Part shown: positions 24,587 to 36,869 of the stretch, one piece after another
Numbering within the stretch: the first letter of the stretch is position 1
Layout of the letters: each line of letters starts with the position of its first letter
Made by a program: the position numbers and the translations under genes
Notes under the pieces: generated by a model
Told to the model about the DNA's origin: nothing
The model's database searches: none
What the model saw: the letters and a program-made list of their open reading frames with translations, nothing else
Source: Paraspadella gotoi
Lineage: Eukaryota; Animalia; Chaetognatha
Assembly: GCA_051294375.1 (NCBI GenBank)
Contig: CM119264.1
Coordinates: forward strand, 619,173 to 683,172
Reading direction: 5' to 3'
DNA: 64,000 bases

Positions 24587-24643
24587 TCCTCTCTCTTCTC
24601 CTCTCTCTCACACTCTCTCTGTTTTACTAACAAATTATTTTCT
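18743..24643 (+). repeat. Indel-rich second copy of 12123-17447 (gap-fill overextension or alternative haplotype)
   Basis: Collinear over more than 5 kb with frequent 1-bp insertions; begins at a (GA)n/(TC)n junction and ends at a 25-N gap. Confidence 0.9.
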
Positions 24644-26839
24644 NNNNNNNNNNNNNNNNNNNNNNNNNAAATCACTACATTGGCAATTTTGAGCTCTTTT
24701 CTTTACTTATTTTCCCTTACTCTATCTTATCCATCCTAACCACTTATTTTTCTATTTCATTTTTACTTACATCTTCATTATCTAACTTATTTACTTTATT
24801 ATTATTGATTCTTTAGTTAAAATTAAGTTGCTTAATTTAAATCTATCTTTGTTGTATATTGCTTAATATAATGATTTTTCCCTCTCACTTTCTCTCTATC
24901 TCTACTTCTTTACTAGTTTTCAAATTTATTCACTCTCTCTCCTTCCTATTCTCACCTCAACCTATCCTCATGTGTGACCACTATTCTTTTCTCAATTCTT
25001 TGTTGAGAGGGAATCTTTGTGAAACCGAAATCTGTTGAGTCAAACCGCTGAAGAAGACTCATAAAAGCGAGAGGTCAAACCTTCATTATTAATAAAATCG
25101 TTGTTAATGCTGAATAAAACTTGTTTTCTTTTATATCAACCTTTATAATAAGTGAACCACAAATAAATGCTCATTGTACATAATTTGCTTCATATGTTTC
25201 TATTGTACTTTGAATTCTTCATAAAATACGACATAAGACTAAACCTGCAGTTTTTTTTTCATTTACTCATAATTATACTTTTTTTAAATTAAGATTCAAT
25301 CAAACTAGGTACATACAGTTTTTTCCTCAATATTTTCCCTTTTTTTGTGTGTTGACTTAAGAAAGAAGGTTTTGATTGATTGTTCTGAACTAATCATTCA
25401 TTCTGTTTAAACTTAGCATAATAAACTTGAACTGTAGTTAATAAGTTTTATTAAAGTTTAACACTAGTTTAGACTTGCAATAAAAAAAAAATGACGCATC
25501 AGCTAGACCATGCAGCAAGCCTTTTACCATATCCTAATTTACTTTCTTACAAACAATACCCTCTCATCGGTCATCACTAATTCTTCACCAAAGAGTCAAA
25601 AATCTAACCAGAAGAAGAAAAGTTTGTTACCTAACTATTTCCAGGATAAATTTTTACATATACTTTTTTATTTATCTTGGCCATTGTAAATCTATACTAA
25701 TGCCATACTAATAAATATAATATTTTCCCTTAGGTTTATTATGTTGATACATATTCACAAAACATACTTGTCAATAATATATGCAATCTGAGCTATCTAA
25801 TAAAAGGCAAAAACCAAAGTAGATTCAAAATTTTACTTTATTTTTTATGAAATACTGTTTTAGATTTAAATCTGTTTAAAAACAATAAAAAGTTTAATAA
25901 TTATTGGAGAAAACAATTTACTCATAGCACAAAAGTAGTAATTGGCCGTTTTCAAACACTTTTTGATATTTACTAAAGCAAAGACTTAGCAGATTCTGAA
26001 AATATTGATAATTTGAATCTAAATTGACAGTCTCTGGTAATAAGGCGCAAATTTATGCCATAAAGAGCTCAAAAATTTAAAAAAGTTATGGAGAATATAA
26101 TTATAAATTAATCTTTTTTTTTAGTTTTTAAAGTTTAATATTGTGTATTTGATTTTATTTTTAGTAAGTACTGCTAAATATTATTTTTTTAATATTTTTC
26201 TTCACAAAATTTAGGAATAACTTTTAGTAAGATTTTATCAAAAACTAATGATCATCTTTATATTTTTATATTTATAATATTATATTATTAATAAAATTAT
26301 AAAAATAAAAGGTTTAATAAAAAATATAAGTTTACATCAAAAATATATTTCAAAATCAAATAAGTATTGATTTAATCATTATTTTATTAAAAAAATCCTT
26401 TAAATTAATTTCACATATAAGATTACGATCAAAGAAAAACCGCAAAGTACTCATATCACTTGAAACTTGGAGAGTTCCTTTCCGGTCAAGTTTTTTCAGG
26501 TTTATCAGTCCAATGTCTTCTACAGACAAAAAAGAACTAATAAAATGATCGTGACCCTTCATCTGTTTAATTAAAAATTGGGTAATCTACATAAGCATAA
26601 ATAAGCATTGTTATTAAGCAACAATCGACAGCATACCATCCTCGACGGACGCCACAGTAAAAAAAAAGAGTTGCGGAGATTAAAACAAACGAGGAATGAA
26701 GGCGACAAAGAGATTTAATGGGATTTCGAGAGAAAATATATGAAACTGCCGGCGACGGCGAGAGGCCGCTAGAGTTCAACCATATTCAAGTCAACTATTC
26801 GTCTTCTTTTTATAATTTTTAAACAAGAGTTTATTAATT

Positions 26840-27552
26840 ATCGACCTTGACCGCGAAGCCGGTCAGGCTCTATAATGTTTTAGGGTTGCTTCTTTGTGAC
26901 GTAGTCGTCGTCGTCGTCGTCGTCGTCGTCCGTCACGCTGTTTTCATATATAAAAACTACTACGCTTTTATAGGTTGGCTGTGATTACGTTTTTTTTAAA
27001 TAAAAATTTTATGAATTATGATAAAGTTTTTACAAAAGTGTGGCGATCATAGTAAGTTAAAAATTTAGATATGGCTTTTCATCTTGAAATACTGTGATAT
27101 TTTTCATATTACATTTGGATTTAAGTATTTTTTGTTTGAATTCCACTTCATTATGATTTACTGCAATATCAAATGGGAGATTAAAGTACTCCTTATAATA
27201 TCCAAATTAGGTATATAGAAATGCTTTAATCTAATTTACATATTGCAGTATATAATATTGAAGATGAAATTCAAAAAATTTGTTTTAAATTTTTAATAAA
27301 ATGGGAAATCAAAGGATTTTTTTATGAGAAGCTATATCTTAATTTAATACAAATATAATTAAATCTTTTACAAGCTGCGATTGAAAAAATTGAAAAAATT
27401 TCTCAATTGTAAACCAATTGTAACATATTTTTGCCTTTCTTTTATTCTTTAAATTATATATAGATTTCTTCTATATTTGTCAGCTGCTGCTTTTTCTGAA
27501 CCTTAAAAAACGAGTCAGGTTCTGCAGTGACTGTTCAGCTGGCTTCCAGCTT
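26840..27552 (+). mobile_element. Second HINE-like family element
   Basis: 5' imperfect hairpin gaccttgaccgcgaagccggtcaggc followed by ctataat and (GTC)n; 3' cgagtcaggtt then hairpin agctgg-ctt-ccagct and T-rich flank. Confidence 0.5.
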
Positions 27553-28233
27553 TCTCTTTCTTTCTGTCTCTTTGTCTCTCTTTTTTCTCTTTCTGTCTCT
27601 CTTTCTTCTCTTTCTGTCTCTCTCACTCTGTACGATCGTTCGTTTTTTGAAAAATTCTGATTATTTGTTTCCTTCTCAAAAATTTATTATCGCCATTTAT
27701 TCCGCCTTTCTTTTTCAATACATAATCCAAATTTAATCTGAGATATAAATTGGAAAGAAATTCGGTTTTCTTTCTCTCTCTCTCTCTCTCTCTCTCTATT
27801 TATTTTTTTAAAAAATGAAGAATAACTTATATATATGCATTATTACATATAAATCAGCTAATGTGACCTATTATATATGCAGCACTTTCGCCGTATAATA
27901 TAATTGCATGCATCACATTATAAAAAAAAAAATTTTGTTTTTATTTATTATTGCACTTTGGACCGGTTGGCCCACTATGGCAAATTATATCTAAAAATAG
28001 GAGTTGATAAGAGAGATATAGTCAATTAAACATTACTTTTTTGTTATTCTGATAATTTGTACTATTATTAAATTTATAAATATTTTTAGTGTATATATTT
28101 AATCATTTTTAACTTTTTTTTAAATATAATTATTTGAGTTGTGATAACTATTTATAAATTAATTAAATATGCAAATATTAAATTGACTCGTCTGGTTTCT
28201 TCCTAAAAAAGAACAATCTTTTTCTCTCTATCT

Positions 28234-28271
<38 letters not shown>

Positions 28272-28630
28272 CTCTCTTCTCTCTTTCTCTCTCTTTTTTT
28301 TTCCTTCTAAAAACTTTATTATCGCCATTTATTCCGAGATTTTCGTGGATTTTTCCTTCTAAAAACTTTTATTATCGCCATTTATTATTTTATCTCATAC
28401 AAAATCCCAAAAACAATAACTTACTTAACCTAGATTTCGTGTCGTTGCGGAGCCAACAAGTAAACATGTCGGGAACATGACCTAATAACGCGTTACGTGT
28501 ATAAAAAAAAATCAACATAGACCCAATTTCACAACGCCGTTGCGAGGCAACGGATAACCGATATAAACGAGAGTGACCTAATAATGCGGCTCGTGTGGGA
28601 AAACTCTCTCTTCTCTCTCTTTCTCACTCT

Positions 28631-28692
<62 letters not shown>

Positions 28693-28860
28693 TTTTTTTC
28701 CTCCAAAAACTTTTATTATCGCCATTTCATTCCGCGCTTTTTTCTCAATACAAAATCACAATTTACATCCGAGATTTTCGTGGATTTTTTTCTAAAAATT
28801 TGATTATTCTTATATAAGCGAGAGACCTAATAATGCGTTTCGTTGCGGAAAACTGTCCAG

Positions 28861-28930
<70 letters not shown>

Positions 28931-29526
28931 TCTCTCTCTCTCTTTCAACTCATCACGCATTTGTTTGTTTTATTTACGATGATGATTCAGCGCGTCAATG
29001 AATCACTATATCGCATCAAATGAATGACTATCATCGTATCAATGAATGATTATCATCATATCAATGAATGACTATCATCGCATCAATCATTTGATTATCA
29101 TCACATCATCATTTTGTTATCATCGGCCTCATTATTGGTTATCATTCGCGTCAATATTTGGTACATCGCATCAATATTGGTTATCATCGCATCAATATTT
29201 GGTTACTATCGAAAGCGGCTCGATCTTTATGCTTTAAGATTTTTTTTTTAAATGAAACGTTTCGCGCGTCGTGGGCGGATGGAACCAAGATACGAGACGA
29301 AATTCAGCTCGAAAGAACATATTTCGCGACCCGTCGTAGACTATAGTTCGTAAGACAATGAGGTCTCATTTGGGGGGATTGATAAAAGGAGGTAGAGGCA
29401 GAGCTCGTCGTAAATGATGAGTTCCAAAAGCACGCTCTCTTGTTATAATGTCGTCTTTGCTGTGACTTTTATTAAATCCACTTTGGTTTCATGTGGAAAT
29501 CCCTGTCTACTTACTTAAATGTGGGG

Positions 29527-29564
29527 GAAGCTGTGAATTCGAACCCACGCCTCCGAAGAGACTG
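29527..29564 (-). pseudogene. 3' half fragment of tRNA-Leu
   Basis: Minus strand cagtctcttcggaggcgtgggttcgaattcacagcttc matches the variable arm and T-arm of eukaryotic tRNA-Leu; no D-arm or anticodon arm recognisable upstream. Confidence 0.65.
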
Positions 29565-29947
29565 ATCATATGTAACTTGTTTATCCTTTAGAGAGTGAAC
29601 CAGTACAAAACTTTTCCAACAAATATTACCTCATATTGCGACAGTTTCCTGACCGAAACTAATTATATTTTGTTTCTGTTTCAGAATATAAGCAAACATG
29701 ACTTTATTAATTTTAACAAAAAAATGATTTCGAGATATTATTATTTGAAGCGCTGAGATTCAGGAAGCGGGAGCGAGTAACCAAAGCATCGGCCTTATCA
29801 TTAGTTTAATTGTCTGAAAGTACATCTAAACGTTTCCTTCGCGTTCGAGTTTGAAAGAATGAGCTGGTTACTCGATGCAAGAGAATAGTGCAACTGTTCA
29901 TGTACTCACCCCACTTTCTTCTCCTCTCTCTTCTCTCTCTGTCTCTC

Positions 29948-29986
<39 letters not shown>

Positions 29987-30542
29987 CTCTCTCTGTCTGT
30001 TCCTCTCCCCCACGCACATCATCTTCATCAATCATGAATTTAATTTCACCTTTTTTTTTTCCGAACTCAATGCTCATTTTTTATTTTTTATTTCTTCTTA
30101 TTACGTGAAAAGATGGTAGCGCCATCATCTTCTCTTGTTCGAGGCTTAGAGTCGGATGTTCCTGTCACAGGTGTCATTCGGGAGGGGGCGAACAATTTTT
30201 TAGACGATCAGGTTTGTTGTTTCTCAAATAATTAAGTTTTCGGGATAATCAAAAGTTTATTATAGAACATTTTCTCGAACGATTGTTCGAGAATGTACGC
30301 GAATATTTTGTCCTATTTGCAAACATACTATATTCTCCATATTTACGTAATTTTGTTTTATTCTTATCACTCTTCTCAAAAAAAATTTAAATCGGCCTCT
30401 TGTTTAATTTGTAAAAAAAAGCAAGTTTTATTGGGTTCGCTTTTTTAAAAATAGACTTTACAGATTCAGCTTAAAAAAATAAAAGAACAAATAATAGCAC
30501 GTTAAACAAAAAAATAGCATTTTCTCTCTCTCTTTCTTTCTT

Positions 30543-30593
<51 letters not shown>

Positions 30594-31591
30594 GCCACGC
30601 AACCTTCCTCATCTCGCTGGTGCGCTAGTATCGCTTTGGATCAAGGGCCGGAAAACTTTGTTTACTTTTTTGTTGGGTTGGAGAAAGCGAAAGAGAAACG
30701 AAGTTATAAAGAAGAAGAGACAAGTTTAGAGAAGAAAATAAGCGAAAGAAATAAAAAAAGAAAAAGAAAAAGGAAAGGAAACCTTCGCGATTTCTCGTTT
30801 TCGGACTTTTTTCTCCACCGATTACATCTTCTGCTCCTTTTCTTCGTCGCTTCACTTTTCATCCCTCAGCTCTTCTCTCTCTTTCTTATTCTTTTCTTTT
30901 CTTTCTTTTCTTTTCTTTCTTTCTTTCTTTCTTTTCTTTTCCTTTCTTATTTTCTTCTCTTTTCTTTTCTTTTCTTTCTTTCTTTTCTTTTTTTTTCTTT
31001 TCTTTTCTATATAATTCTTTTCTTTTCTTTTCTTTTTCTTTTTCTATTATTTATTTTTTTGTCCTAGTTTCCATGATCAAAACTGTCCCGGACTGTTTCG
31101 CTCTATCAATTTTAATTTGTCCGTGGAACGTTTTATTTCTAGTCATAAAAATTTCCATTTAGTCATAAAAATTAAATAAAAAAGAAAAAGTTTTTTTTTC
31201 TCGTTTCCATTTAGATTCGATTTCCATTCGCTTTGTTGTCTATTCTTCCATCTCGGTTTTTTCCTCCTCTTTTCATTTTTTTTCTTGATGACGTCGCTTT
31301 TTACTGTTTGTTTTTTAAATTCTATTTCGTCTTGGTAAACTTTCTATATTGATTTACATATGTTTTCAAATATAATTTTAAACGAAAAGCGCTTTCCGTT
31401 CACAATATTACGATTTTTAACGTCTTTTCATCGACCTACCCTCTGTTATTGCTTATCTGCTGCCAGAGTGGAATTGTGCACAATTAAGTACAACTCAGAA
31501 GCGCGGGAATTCTTCTTTGTTTTTCTCTTTTACCTTCACATTTTGGTCTTTTATTTCCCATTAAAAAAATTCATTTCCGGGGATTTCTCTC

Positions 31592-31654
<63 letters not shown>

Positions 31655-33176
31655 TCTCTCTCCCTCCATTTTATCATTTTTTTCTCTCTTTCATAACGAG
31701 ATAGCTAAAGCAGAGTTAGATGGCATCTTGACGAGGAAGATGAAACGTTCTTCTTCCCGCCTCATTGAATAAACTTGTCGTCTCGAGTTTCGTCGATCAT
31801 CTTCCACCGTCGTCGTAAGCACCGTTGTCGTCGTCATCGTCGTCGTCTTATTTCCTTTTTCATCGTCGTCGTCTTCTTCGTCGTCTTCTCGTCGTACTTC
31901 GTCGTTGTTGGGCGAATAAAAAATAATTTAAAAAGCGGTATCCAGTGACAAGGTTAAAGGTTTTTTTAGGTGCGAACAAGTCTAATGCATGTAATAGTCT
32001 CCCCACTTGACTTACTAATGACAAGTCCAGATTCACTGAAGCTCACTGAAACGTAAACATATTGTGACTGAATGGTTAGTCTGCGTTTTAAAAGTTTATT
32101 TTTCTTTCTTGTTAAACCAACATGTTTATTGATTGTTCACTTTCATCGTGCGTTTTCTCCTGTAATTTTATTTAAAAAAATGTTCTTTTCTCAAGGCATG
32201 CTTAGTGACTGTTGCGCGGTTAATTCCGTTTTTTTTTCCTTTATCAATAATAACCTTATCATCAGATTCATCGACAATTCATCAAAATCTTATGATTCTC
32301 TATAACAAATGACTTCATGTGATCGTCACTTTCTTTAGATGGGCGGTATCACAATTTCAACATTATCCTTTATCGTCATTTGTCCTATCTCTATCCCTTT
32401 TATTCCATTCCCGTCAATTTAACATCTACTTTTCTCTCTTCCTTTTCATCAGATATCATCTTTTCTTCCGTTCTACTCTTTTCCGTCTTTTTTCTGCCCT
32501 ATTTCCTATTGACCCCTTTTCCGCATTCCTGTCACCCACGATCCCCATCGTCCTCTAAAAAACTGCCGCAATCTGGTTTCCATGGCAGCAAAAGTGACCT
32601 CAGGAGTGCTAGGGCACCAGCTTTTCTACCTCGGTTAAAGATAAAAGACTGAAGGAAAAACCACCGAGGGAAAGAGAGAGAGAGAGAAGAGAGGAGAGAG
32701 AGAGAGAGAGAGGAAGAGAAGAGAGGAGAGAGAGAGCGTTCACCCCCTCTACGATCGCCCTCCGTTTCTCCCAAAAGTCATTTTTGTTTCCGTATTCTCT
32801 GGTCGGAAGAATTTTCGCCCTCAGCTACTAGTAATGACGGTTCTTGTTGATTGCGTCCACGCTAAGCCGGATTTACCGGCCTCCACGACTCTCTCTCGTC
32901 TGTTTCCTCTTCTCTCTCTAACTCTACTTAATCCTCAATATTTCCGAGTTACATGATTGTTTTTCCTGTCTAAAGCATCCCTCTGAATCTTGACGCACGT
33001 ACACTGGAGAACATCAACTCAGTCTAAGAGACACGAAAAAGAGGCGTCATTTTAATACTGTCGATTACTGCTTTCATTTTTGAGAGAGTTACAAAATTAT
33101 GCGATGTAATTTTTTTTCTTGAAAGTCGAAATCATTTCTTTGTTTTTACAAAGTTTTTTATGAATTTTTTTTTCAG

Positions 33177-33270
33177 GTGACGCTACGCGTTGTTACTCTC
33201 CGAAAATGTTCCGCGCTCGCAAGAAAGGAAAACACTGTACTCACGGAAGAACAAGCGCTGAACGCTACAG
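33177..33270 (+). CDS. Candidate 94-nt exon of unknown gene
   Basis: Strong acceptor tttttttttcag| and donor CAG|gtaacc around a CpG-rich non-repetitive block; open in two frames (VTLRVVTLRKCSALARKENTVLTEEQALNAT or GDATRCYSPKMFRARKKGKHCTHGRTSAERY). Confidence 0.45.
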
Positions 33271-33550
33271 GTAACCCTGAATTCTTGAAATTTGAATAGA
33301 AGAAAAAGAAGAGAAACTGGAATAAGAAACTTCTAAACTTAAACCATTGTTTGTTTGAAAACTTAATTTGAATTTTAAATACACATTTTATTAAAGAAGA
33401 TATTTAACTTTGCTTCCTTAATGGCGAAAGAAAACTTTAAGAACATTTCTTTTAGTTTGTTTTTGAGTCTGTGACTATTACCTCTAACGATGTTATTGTT
33501 TTATCGACCGCAATTTTCATAATCTTTGAAGCTTTTAAGCTTAATTCGGA

Positions 33551-33586
<36 letters not shown>

Positions 33587-33999
33587 TTAATCATCGACAA
33601 TTTTATCATCGCTTTTCATATTTTATTCTTCGGCGCCAAATTCTTTTAGAAATCGTTGTTGTTGTTGTTGTTGTTATCATTGCTTCTTCTTCTCTTCTCT
33701 CGTTCTCATTTGCATTTATGTCATCGTCATCTTTTCCGCCATCGTCATTGTCATCGTCAATGACATATCTATTTTCGTTGCCATTTTCATTTCTTTCATT
33801 GGTGTCATCGTCATTGCCATTTTGATCAATGGTGTCATAGTTATTGTTATTTCTATTATATGTGACATCTTCATTGTCATTTCTATCATTGGTCTCATCG
33901 TTATTGTTATTTCTATTGTATGTGACATCTTCATTGTCATTATTGTCACTGTCATTTCTATCATNNNNNNNNNNNNNNNNNNNNNNNNNCGATGTTTAA

Positions 34000-35027
34000 A
34001 GGCCAGGGATCACTCAACCTAAAATTGTTAGAAATCTTAATTTACTGTATCTTAATTCATTTTCTCATATCTTGTAGGAGGTTTCTATTGAAAAAATAAT
34101 CGAAAACTTTTTAAAAATCACATAAATGTTTATAAAAATTAAACAAAAATTTTTTTCTTCGGTAAAAACTTAGAATTTTCAAGAGAAAATTTTTTTTATA
34201 TTGTAAGCTAAATTTCTTACCAACTAAATTTTTAATTTAAAACTCGATTCTTTACATAAGCTCAATTTCTACTTCTGTATATTTAATTCTTCTTATTGCT
34301 AACAAGTACATACTTGGGCAGTGTGTATCACTTATTAAGTTCTAAAATAACTTACTCTACAACCATTTTCCAGAAGCGGTTTTTTATGACTTTATGAGTT
34401 TTATGAAGTTAAAAAATTTATCGGAATTTATTTCAATTTGGACTTTATTACTTTATGTAAATGTTTAATGATCTGTTTAATGAGGCACAGAATTTTAACT
34501 TCTTGACGAAAGTGAAAGTTAAAAAAACGAAAGAGTTGCAGCTTTCAAAACCGTTGGAACTTTTCTTGAAGAAAAAAATATCTTGGGCAAGAAAAGGAAA
34601 AGGGTGGGAAGATTGCTTATGAGCGCGTTTTGAAAAAAAAATTGTTATTTTCGTTTCAAAAATAATTATCAAGGGAACTTAATTCCTAAAAATTGATTAA
34701 AATAATCCAAATTTTTCTATTGAAGGAAATCAAATTTTGAAAGTATCTTTTCATAAGAATTTAGAGGTTCGGTTGGACCTAAGGTAATTCCATGCCATAT
34801 TTCATGAGGAAAACCGCCTTACCGTTTTGGGCTTGCAAACTCTTCAAATTAGGTATTTCTTTTATTTATTATAGTACAAAAAAAATCGAAAAAACCATGA
34901 CTGCCTTTTGGAAAAAAAAGAGTAAAGTGAATACATATTTCAGGACTTCGTCTCAAGAGCTCTCCTTTTCGAAATCCGAGCTCAGTTTTAGCCTAATTAT
35001 AATTTGAAATTTGAGTGATCCCGGACC
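34000..35027 (-). mobile_element. About 1-kb non-autonomous TIR element with TTAA target duplication (Kolobok-like)
   Basis: ttaa|aggccagggatcactcaa ... ttgagtgatcccggacc|ttaa; purine-purine termini with TTAA flanks; no ORF. Confidence 0.7.
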
Positions 35028-35176
35028 TTAATGAAACAACTGGACGATGCATTTGAAGATGATGCAATGATAGCTCATTTCTATCATTGGCATCATCTTC
35101 ATCATCGTCAGTGTCCATTAACTCGTTTCTTTAATCGAAAAAACTTATGAATACAATTTTCGTAAACTAAATTAAA

Positions 35177-35672
35177 TTGGGATTCCTCCCCAAAATATTC
35201 CTCCCACGCGGGATTCCTCCCACACGCGGATTTCCTCCCACGCGGGATTCCTTCCCACTACTGGGATTCCTCCCACGCCGCGGATTCTCTCCCACCACGG
35301 GCGATTCCTTCCCACGCGGATTCCTCCCACGCGGATTCCTCCACACGGGATTCCTCCCACGCGGCGATTCCTCCCACACGGCGGATTCCCTCCCACGCGG
35401 GATTCCTCCCCACGCCAGGATTCCTCCCACGCGGGATTTCCTCCCACACGGGATTCCTCCCACACGGGCATTCCTCCCACGCGCGGATTCCTCCCACACG
35501 CGGATTCCTCCACGCGGGCATTACTCCCACACGCGGATACTCCCACACGGCGATTCCTCCACACTGGATTCCTCCCCACGCGGATTCCTCCCACACGGGA
35601 TTCCTCCCACGCAGGATTCCTCCCATCACGCGGATTCCTCCACACGCGATTCCTCCAACACGGGATTCCTCC
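35177..35672 (+). repeat. GC-rich 16-19 bp satellite (gggattcctcccacgc)
   Basis: Dozens of tandem units. Confidence 0.95.
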
Positions 35673-36164
35673 CCTTAAATTGTGTATTTAACTTTCTTGT
35701 TGGCATGTTCTTGTTTCAAGGCAAAAAAAATTGACTTTCATTAAAATAAAATCTTTCGTGTGTGGTAGAAAGTTATGTGATAACAGCTGCAATATAAATT
35801 TTTTGACTGTAATCGTAGTTGTGGAAAAGACTTCAAATTAGAAAACCAAAAGACACATGTTATTGAATTTTTAAAGTTTCTCTTCTCTCTTATTCTCTCT
35901 CTGCATTATTGATTGATGATTTGACCAAATCTATGCCCAATTGACAAAAATTTGCCAGTGACCAAATTTATGCCTGTTTTGATCAAATTATGCCCAGTTT
36001 ACCAAATTTTTGTCAGTTGACCAATAGTATGCAGTTGACCAAAATTAATGCAAGTTTGATTAAAATTATGCAAGTGGACCAAGTTTAGCTTATTACCACT
36101 TTAATTATCGTAGGCAGCATCCGACATTGTTTGCTCACAACTTGTTTTATTTTTATTGGACGTG

Positions 36165-36860
36165 GCACGAAATCCCGCCGTGGGATGGAATCCTGTGTGA
36201 GCAGGAATCCCGTTGTGGGAGGGAATCCCGTGTGAGGAATCCCCGCGTGGGAGCGAATCCCGTGCTGGGAGGAATCCGCCGTGGAGGAATCCCGCCTATG
36301 CGTCGAGGAATCCCGCGTGGGCAGGAAATCCCGTGTGGGAGGAATCCCGCATGGAGGAATCCCGCGTGGCTGAGGAATACCGCTGTGGGAAGAATCCCGC
36401 GCTGGGCAGCGAATCCCGTGTGGGAGCGAATCCCGTCGTGGAGAATCCCGTGTGGGCAGGTCCCGCGTGAGGAATCCCGCGTGGGCGGAAATCCTGCGTG
36501 GGAGCGCAATTCCCGCGTGGGCCAGGAATCCCGTGTGGGAGGAAATCCCGTGTGGGAGGCAATCCCGCGTGGTAGGAATCCCCGCTTTGGCAGGCAATCC
36601 CGCTTGCGGAGGAATTCCATGGGGAGGAATTCTTGTGGGAGGAAACCCGTGTGAGGAATCCCGACGTGGGAGGCATATCCTTTGGAGGAATTCCCGTCGT
36701 GGGAGGAATTCCTTTGGGAGGAATCCCGTGTGGGAGCAATTCCACTTGGGAGTTAAAATCCTTGCGGGAGGCAATCCCGTTGTGGGAGGAACCCGTGTGG
36801 GAGGAATCCCGCGTGGAGGAAATCCCGCGTGGGAGGAATCCTTGTTGGAGGAATCCCAAT
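36165..36860 (-). repeat. Inverted, noisier array of the same satellite (gtgggaggaatcccgc)
   Basis: Reverse complement of 35177-35672 units. Confidence 0.9.
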
Positions 36861-36869
36861 GTGAACCGT

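Noticed and set aside
26356-26779. Two short minus-strand ORFs in complex sequence
   Set aside because: No recognisable motif and no clear splice boundaries.
29250-29290. gcgcgaaacgtt on the minus strand as a hammerhead 3' half
   Set aside because: The CTGANGA half of the core is absent.
29527-29660. Intact or intron-containing tRNA-Leu
   Set aside because: No recognisable 5' half, and the acceptor-stem 3' strand is degenerate.
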